The notes under the pieces are model-generated. The model had not been told where the DNA came from. It ran no database searches and saw nothing but the letters and a program-made list of their open reading frames with translations. Below are positions 31,880 to 35,874 of a stretch of DNA of 35,874 bases, one piece after another (the first letter of the stretch is position 1; each line of letters begins with the position of its first letter). The stretch spans positions 1 to 35,874 of IMG/VR virus record IMGVR_UViG_3300020043_001818. One strand, given 5' to 3'. This DNA is from a virus (taxonomy: Duplodnaviria; Caudoviricetes). The position numbers and the translations under genes were made by a program.

Positions 31880-33630
31880 ATAACTCCCCCACGCTCCATT
31901 ACATAGTCAGTTGAAGCCCAATGCACTTCAATATTCTGTGATGCTACGGTCATATATACGCCAGCTGCGTATCCAATACCTGTAACACCTTGCCAAATCT
32001 TGCTAACCTGTAATCCACCACCCCAGTTAGCGTCATCCCAGTCAGAAGCATCCCAAATACCAGCAACAACCGTAGCTGGATTAAATGTGACTGCTCCTGT
32101 GACATTCTGCGTGTCAAAGTCAATGTTTACACCAGCAGCAATCGCTGGAATACCACCAGATGTCAAGAAAATAGGGCGAATCATGGTAAAACGCTTTAAT
32201 TGACCCCTAGATTCAAAGTAAGAATACGCTTGCTGTACGGTAGCTGTAATGTTTGTGCCAGCATCTCCGTTGGTATCGTAGTATTTACCCACATAACCAC
32301 TGCCACCAAAGTACATACGGTCATTGTGAATCTCAAAACAAGCAGCATTGATGCCAGTAAACTTAGCCCAAGCCTTAGTAATAGTGTGCATAACATACTG
32401 GTCATACCCAGAACCATTAGGAATGTTCAATATCAACATATTTTCACTAGCAAAATAGTTAATTTGCCAGCCAAATAGGGTTGAATATGCTGTTGCTGCC
32501 TGAGATACAGCGTAATAAATCTTATCTGTAAGGTTTACTCGTGGGTCTAAGCGTGAAGATTGCAAAGCTGAAGCCAAAGGTACTAAACCGTCTTGCGTAA
32601 GCAATAGAAGGTCACCTTGCCATTTAAAGAAGCATCTGCGAGCAAAGGTTTGACCTAGTTGCCAAACGCCTTTAAGCGCCCATGTATCGGCTGTAGTAGG
32701 GTCTGTGCCGTTATAGACCATAATTTCGCCCATATTGGTCACAAATACAGCGTAATCGTCAGCACCTTGGCCAGCGTCTAGTGTCCAAGTACCCATTGCT
32801 TGCAAATAACCGCCATTACGAGCAATACCACCAAAATCAATAGCTTCAGCAGCTCCACCCACAGAATCCACAGGCAGATACCAAATCTTCATGGTGTCTT
32901 TTTGTGTAAACCATAGACGGTTTTTAAATAAGTTCACATTGATAAATGTAGAGCTATCAACGCCAGTAATGCCAAGAATGTTATATGTGCCAACAACAGT
33001 AGCGTCAGATGTAGGCGCTGTGGCCATCACATAAGTAAATGTGGTTGTGCCTGTAACGGTAATAATGTAAGTACCGTTGTAGTTTGATTCTGTAGCGCCA
33101 GAAATAGTTACTTGGTTACCAGTAATCAAGCCATGAGCCGCAGCAGTTGTTAAGGTCGCTGTTGTGCCTACATGGGTAATTGTGCTAATTGTCTGAGCAG
33201 TTGTTGTATTAGCAATCTTTAACCAAGATGTGCCGTTATACAGTAGTGTTGGGTCTTGGCCATTACAAGCCACCAAGAAGTCACCACCAGCTGTAGACAT
33301 CATGACATGCTGGAATCTGTCATTAGTAACAGTAAATACGCTAACCGCTGGGCTAGTTGTTGCTTCGTAAATAGTTGTATTGGCAGCTGCAAATAGCTTC
33401 TGGCCTGTAGTGCCAGCATAGTTCATCAAGCTATCAACTTGACCTGTAATGCCAGTTGAGTGCTTTGAGTAACCTTTGCGTAGCGTTAAATCAGACGGTG
33501 TTGGATACCAATTAACTAACTCTACCGCATCTAATGGACTCATTTCTGCAAGTGAATCTCTTGCGTTCCAGCCACCAATAGGCGAAGCCATAGACGCTGT
33601 AGTAGCTGACCTTCTTTGCGCTCTCGCCAT
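31876..33630 (-). CDS. Tail nozzle / DNA stabilisation protein (P22 gp10-like)
   Basis: 584 aa, beta-propeller-like, PIGGWNARD start, FKNRLWF; follows the adaptor. Confidence 0.75.
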   Translation of the reverse strand: MARAQRRSATTASMASPIGGWNARDSLAEMSPLDAVELVNWYPTPSDLTLRKGYSKHSTGITGQVDSLMNYAGTTGQKLFAAANTTIYEATTSPAVSVFTVTNDRFQHVMMSTAGGDFLVACNGQDPTLLYNGTSWLKIANTTTAQTISTITHVGTTATLTTAAAHGLITGNQVTISGATESNYNGTYIITVTGTTTFTYVMATAPTSDATVVGTYNILGITGVDSSTFINVNLFKNRLWFTQKDTMKIWYLPVDSVGGAAEAIDFGGIARNGGYLQAMGTWTLDAGQGADDYAVFVTNMGEIMVYNGTDPTTADTWALKGVWQLGQTFARRCFFKWQGDLLLLTQDGLVPLASALQSSRLDPRVNLTDKIYYAVSQAATAYSTLFGWQINYFASENMLILNIPNGSGYDQYVMHTITKAWAKFTGINAACFEIHNDRMYFGGSGYVGKYYDTNGDAGTNITATVQQAYSYFESRGQLKRFTMIRPIFLTSGGIPAIAAGVNIDFDTQNVTGAVTFNPATVVAGIWDASDWDDANWGGGLQVSKIWQGVTGIGYAAGVYMTVASQNIEVHWASTDYVMERGGVI

Positions 33631-33632
33631 GA

Positions 33633-34535
33633 TTAACTTCCGTAGCCAGTGTCAGGAATGTTTGCGTAACCAATAAGCACCTTGCTTGGGTATGGTGCGA
33701 ATGATAGGTTAGGTGCGCCCTTATCGTTAGATTTAACAACGCTCAAATAACGGTCATAAGTTTGTTGCAATGCAGTAGTGTCAAAGTTCTTAATTTGGAA
33801 ATATTTAAGCTTTGTCAACATAACCATTAAGCGGTCATCAAGAACTGTTGTATCTGTATCAGCAGTAAATGAGTTTTTTGGTACGCCAGTAGAGCTATCA
33901 GCCCATGCCTTAGAGCGATATTCAAAGCCCAAATACTCTTGGGTGTTCATGATTGGCCAAATCTGGAAGTATTGACCTAGGATACGCCAACGAACACGAG
34001 GGCCAGTTGAAATATAACCAGACTTTAGCCATTGCCATTGTTGAGCATCTTCAGGGCCTAGCATTTCCCAGTGTTTAGACTTATCCCACTGTGTGCGGTC
34101 TGTAATAACCTCATAATCAGGTGGTAAATCGTACTTTGTTTGACCAAATGTGAATGTAGCAAAGCCAGTTGAGCTAGCTTTTTGATTTAATGTCACAGCA
34201 ACGGCTGAATCCACAGTAACAATGGTTGTGTCTTGTTGGATGCCATCACCAGTCACCATAAACTTGTCGCTTAAACCTGTCGTGCCTGACATACCTGTAA
34301 TGGTATAAGAGCCTTCAGTTGTGTAACCAGTGTATGTGTAAGCTTGGGTATAGAAACGGTATTCTCTTTGTAGCGCTCTCCAGTCAAACTCTTTCAATAA
34401 CTCATAACCAGCAGAGTTCATCAGCGCTAATAGCTGAATCACATCTTGAGAAGTATTATTTGCAACTGTCGTTGGAGCAACTAAACCTAGCTCGCTAGAA
34501 GTTTGTTGCATGAGTTGGAGCATTGTCGATGACAT
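33633..34535 (-). CDS. Head-tail adaptor protein
   Basis: Helical termini, YDLPPDY motif; position before the nozzle. Confidence 0.7.
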   Translation of the reverse strand: MSSTMLQLMQQTSSELGLVAPTTVANNTSQDVIQLLALMNSAGYELLKEFDWRALQREYRFYTQAYTYTGYTTEGSYTITGMSGTTGLSDKFMVTGDGIQQDTTIVTVDSAVAVTLNQKASSTGFATFTFGQTKYDLPPDYEVITDRTQWDKSKHWEMLGPEDAQQWQWLKSGYISTGPRVRWRILGQYFQIWPIMNTQEYLGFEYRSKAWADSSTGVPKNSFTADTDTTVLDDRLMVMLTKLKYFQIKNFDTTALQQTYDRYLSVVKSNDKGAPNLSFAPYPSKVLIGYANIPDTGYGS

Positions 34536-34587
34536 GGAGAATCCTTTACTTTAGTGGTTTTCACCCTAAGTAATTAAGGTTTTCTTG

Positions 34588-34596
34588 ATTATATCA
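34588..34596 (-). promoter_or_regulatory. Possible extended -10 promoter for the tail operon
   Basis: TG-A-TATAAT just downstream of the terminator. Confidence 0.5.
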
Positions 34597-34606
34597 ATTA
34601 CTGCAC

Positions 34607-34633
34607 AAAATAAAAGGGGGCGAACCCCCTTTA
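34607..34633 (-). terminator. Intrinsic terminator
   Basis: AAAGGGGG-TTCG-CCCCCTTTT-ATTTT after the 207-aa gene. Confidence 0.8.
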
Positions 34634-35257
34634 TTATTCTTCTGTTTCTTCTTTAGCTTTGCGTTTTGGCTTCTTTTCTGATGCCAATAGCAATAAAGCT
34701 TTCATTTGTTCTTGCATTTCTGCTAGTTGCTTACCTGTTTCGGCTTTAATTTTCTCGTTTTCAGCCTTTAACTCTGCGATTTCAGCTTCACGCTTGGCTT
34801 CTTCAGCAGAATCGTTAGCTAAATTCAAGAACGCTCTAGCTTTGTCACGCAATGAGTGGCCAGACATACCAGCAATCATGCCAATTCGTTGCATTTGCAT
34901 ATCGTTAGCGTTAGCAATTAGCTCAACAGTGTAAAACTTCAATGCTCGTAGTTCTTCAGCTGCTGACGCTGTAATTAGTGGCCATTCGCCTACAGGTGTG
35001 CCAACAACTTGTTGCTGACCAGCTTGTTTGTTCATGAAATGCGCCCATTGGCGTGGGAATCGTGCTTTGTGGTCTTCTCTAGCGATAGTGTCAATCTGGG
35101 TTAATTGGTCGCTTGGAGTCATGATTTTTACATAGGTTACATCTGCAAAAATCGGTCTACCAGCTTCTTCTGAAGCAAAGTTTTGTTTTACTGCTTTTGT
35201 GTAGAACTCAGCGTACAAGTTCTCATCACCATTACGGATGTCTGAATCAATAGCCAT
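34634..35257 (-). CDS. Conserved hypothetical phage protein
   Basis: 207 aa, AAGGAG RBS, HKARFPRQW and TVELIA motifs, C-terminal coiled coil. Confidence 0.8.
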   Translation of the reverse strand: MAIDSDIRNGDENLYAEFYTKAVKQNFASEEAGRPIFADVTYVKIMTPSDQLTQIDTIAREDHKARFPRQWAHFMNKQAGQQQVVGTPVGEWPLITASAAEELRALKFYTVELIANANDMQMQRIGMIAGMSGHSLRDKARAFLNLANDSAEEAKREAEIAELKAENEKIKAETGKQLAEMQEQMKALLLLASEKKPKRKAKEETEE

Positions 35258-35291
35258 TTAATGCTCCTTAAGGGATTAAGGTTGTTAAAAG

Positions 35292-35320
35292 AAAAAAGGG
35301 CAGTCCGTTAAGACCGCCCC
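35292..35320 (-). terminator. Intrinsic terminator after the capsid/decoration genes
   Basis: GGGCGGTC-TTAACG-GACTGCCC-TTTTTT. Confidence 0.8.
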
Positions 35321-35342
35321 CTTAGTTTACTACTTAAGCTAA

Positions 35343-35639
35343 TTAAACGCTAGTTGCTGAGAACCATGCGTACTCACCAGAAGCTACTGCAACTGCTGGG
35401 CTTGTGTAAGCGCCACCAGAAGCTGTAACAACGAATGTTGAAGCATTGATTGAGCAAGTAGCTGTAGAAGCAGTAATAGCTGCACCAGCTTTTGCAAATA
35501 CATAACGCTTGCCGTCAGAACCAAAAGTTTCAGCACCTAAAGGGCCAAATGTTGGAACTGCTGTACCAGCAGAGTTAAGGTTTGCAGTCTGTACGCTAAC
35601 TAAGTCTACGCCAGCGATTGGTAATGTTGAATATGCCAT
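35343..35639 (-). CDS. Putative capsid decoration protein
   Basis: 98 aa, Ala/Gly/Ser-rich, directly after the capsid gene and before a terminator; AGGAG RBS. Confidence 0.7.
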   Translation of the reverse strand: MAYSTLPIAGVDLVSVQTANLNSAGTAVPTFGPLGAETFGSDGKRYVFAKAGAAITASTATCSINASTFVVTASGGAYTSPAVAVASGEYAWFSATSV

Positions 35640-35676
35640 TTTAAATTTCTCCTATAAGTTAATGGTCTGACCGCAA

Positions 35677-35874
35677 TTAAGCAATCAATACACCTTGCAA
35701 GAAGCTGTTGCTTGTTGTCAAGTTACCAGCCCAACCATAAAGCTTAACGATAGCGTCTTGGTTGATAGCTTGGCGCTCACCACCGATAGGTACGAAATTA
35801 CGCTCTTTGTGTGGGCGCAAGAAGATGTAGTTAGTGTTCAAGAAGAACATGTGGTTAGCTGTACAAGCATTACC
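35677..35874 (-). CDS. Major capsid protein, 3' part
   Basis: Reads ...FFLNTNYIFLRPHKERNF...WAGNLTTSNSFLQGVLIA-stop (TAA at 35679-35677). Confidence 0.9.
   Translation of the reverse strand, partial: GNACTANHMFFLNTNYIFLRPHKERNFVPIGGERQAINQDAIVKLYGWAGNLTTSNSFLQGVLIA
35754..35874. repeat. Terminal direct repeat, copy 2
   Basis: Identical to 1-121. Confidence 0.95.

Noticed and set aside
35754-35874. 121-bp terminal repeat as a biological DTR or att site
   Set aside because: It is an exact copy in the middle of the capsid gene, as expected from assembler overlap on a circular or permuted genome

Overview
The window is an apparently complete tailed-phage genome of about 35,753 bp. Bases 1-121 are repeated exactly at 35754-35874, which is an assembly overlap, and the major capsid gene runs across that junction. 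The virion genes indicate a short-tailed podovirus of the P22/BPP-1 type: terS, terL, portal, head-module fibre genes, scaffold, capsid, adaptor, nozzle and ejection proteins, with no tape measure or sheath. The early region is lambdoid-like, with divergent promoters, a Cro-like HTH, an initiator containing iterons, RusA, an SSB-like protein and a PD-(D/E)XK nuclease. I found no integrase, CI repressor, helicase or polymerase. There is one tRNA-Asn, an M15 peptidase endolysin, holin-like genes and two free-standing GIY-YIG-type endonucleases. A Gram-negative host is inferred, not shown. Most notable: (1) a C4/CI-like multi-branched RNA with two upstream complementary targets in the leader of the replication gene; (2) two fibre proteins sharing one C-terminal motif, plus three receptor-binding/chaperone cassettes; (3) an exported Cys-rich gene module inside the lysis cassette, containing an overprinted basic protein; (4) an unannotated 42-aa exported four-Cys peptide followed by a structured RNA; (5) a head-module glycosyltransferase that seems to need an ATT start; (6) a GNAT plus ADP-ribosyltransferase-like protein next to terS. 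All family calls come from motif recognition by eye; no searches were run.
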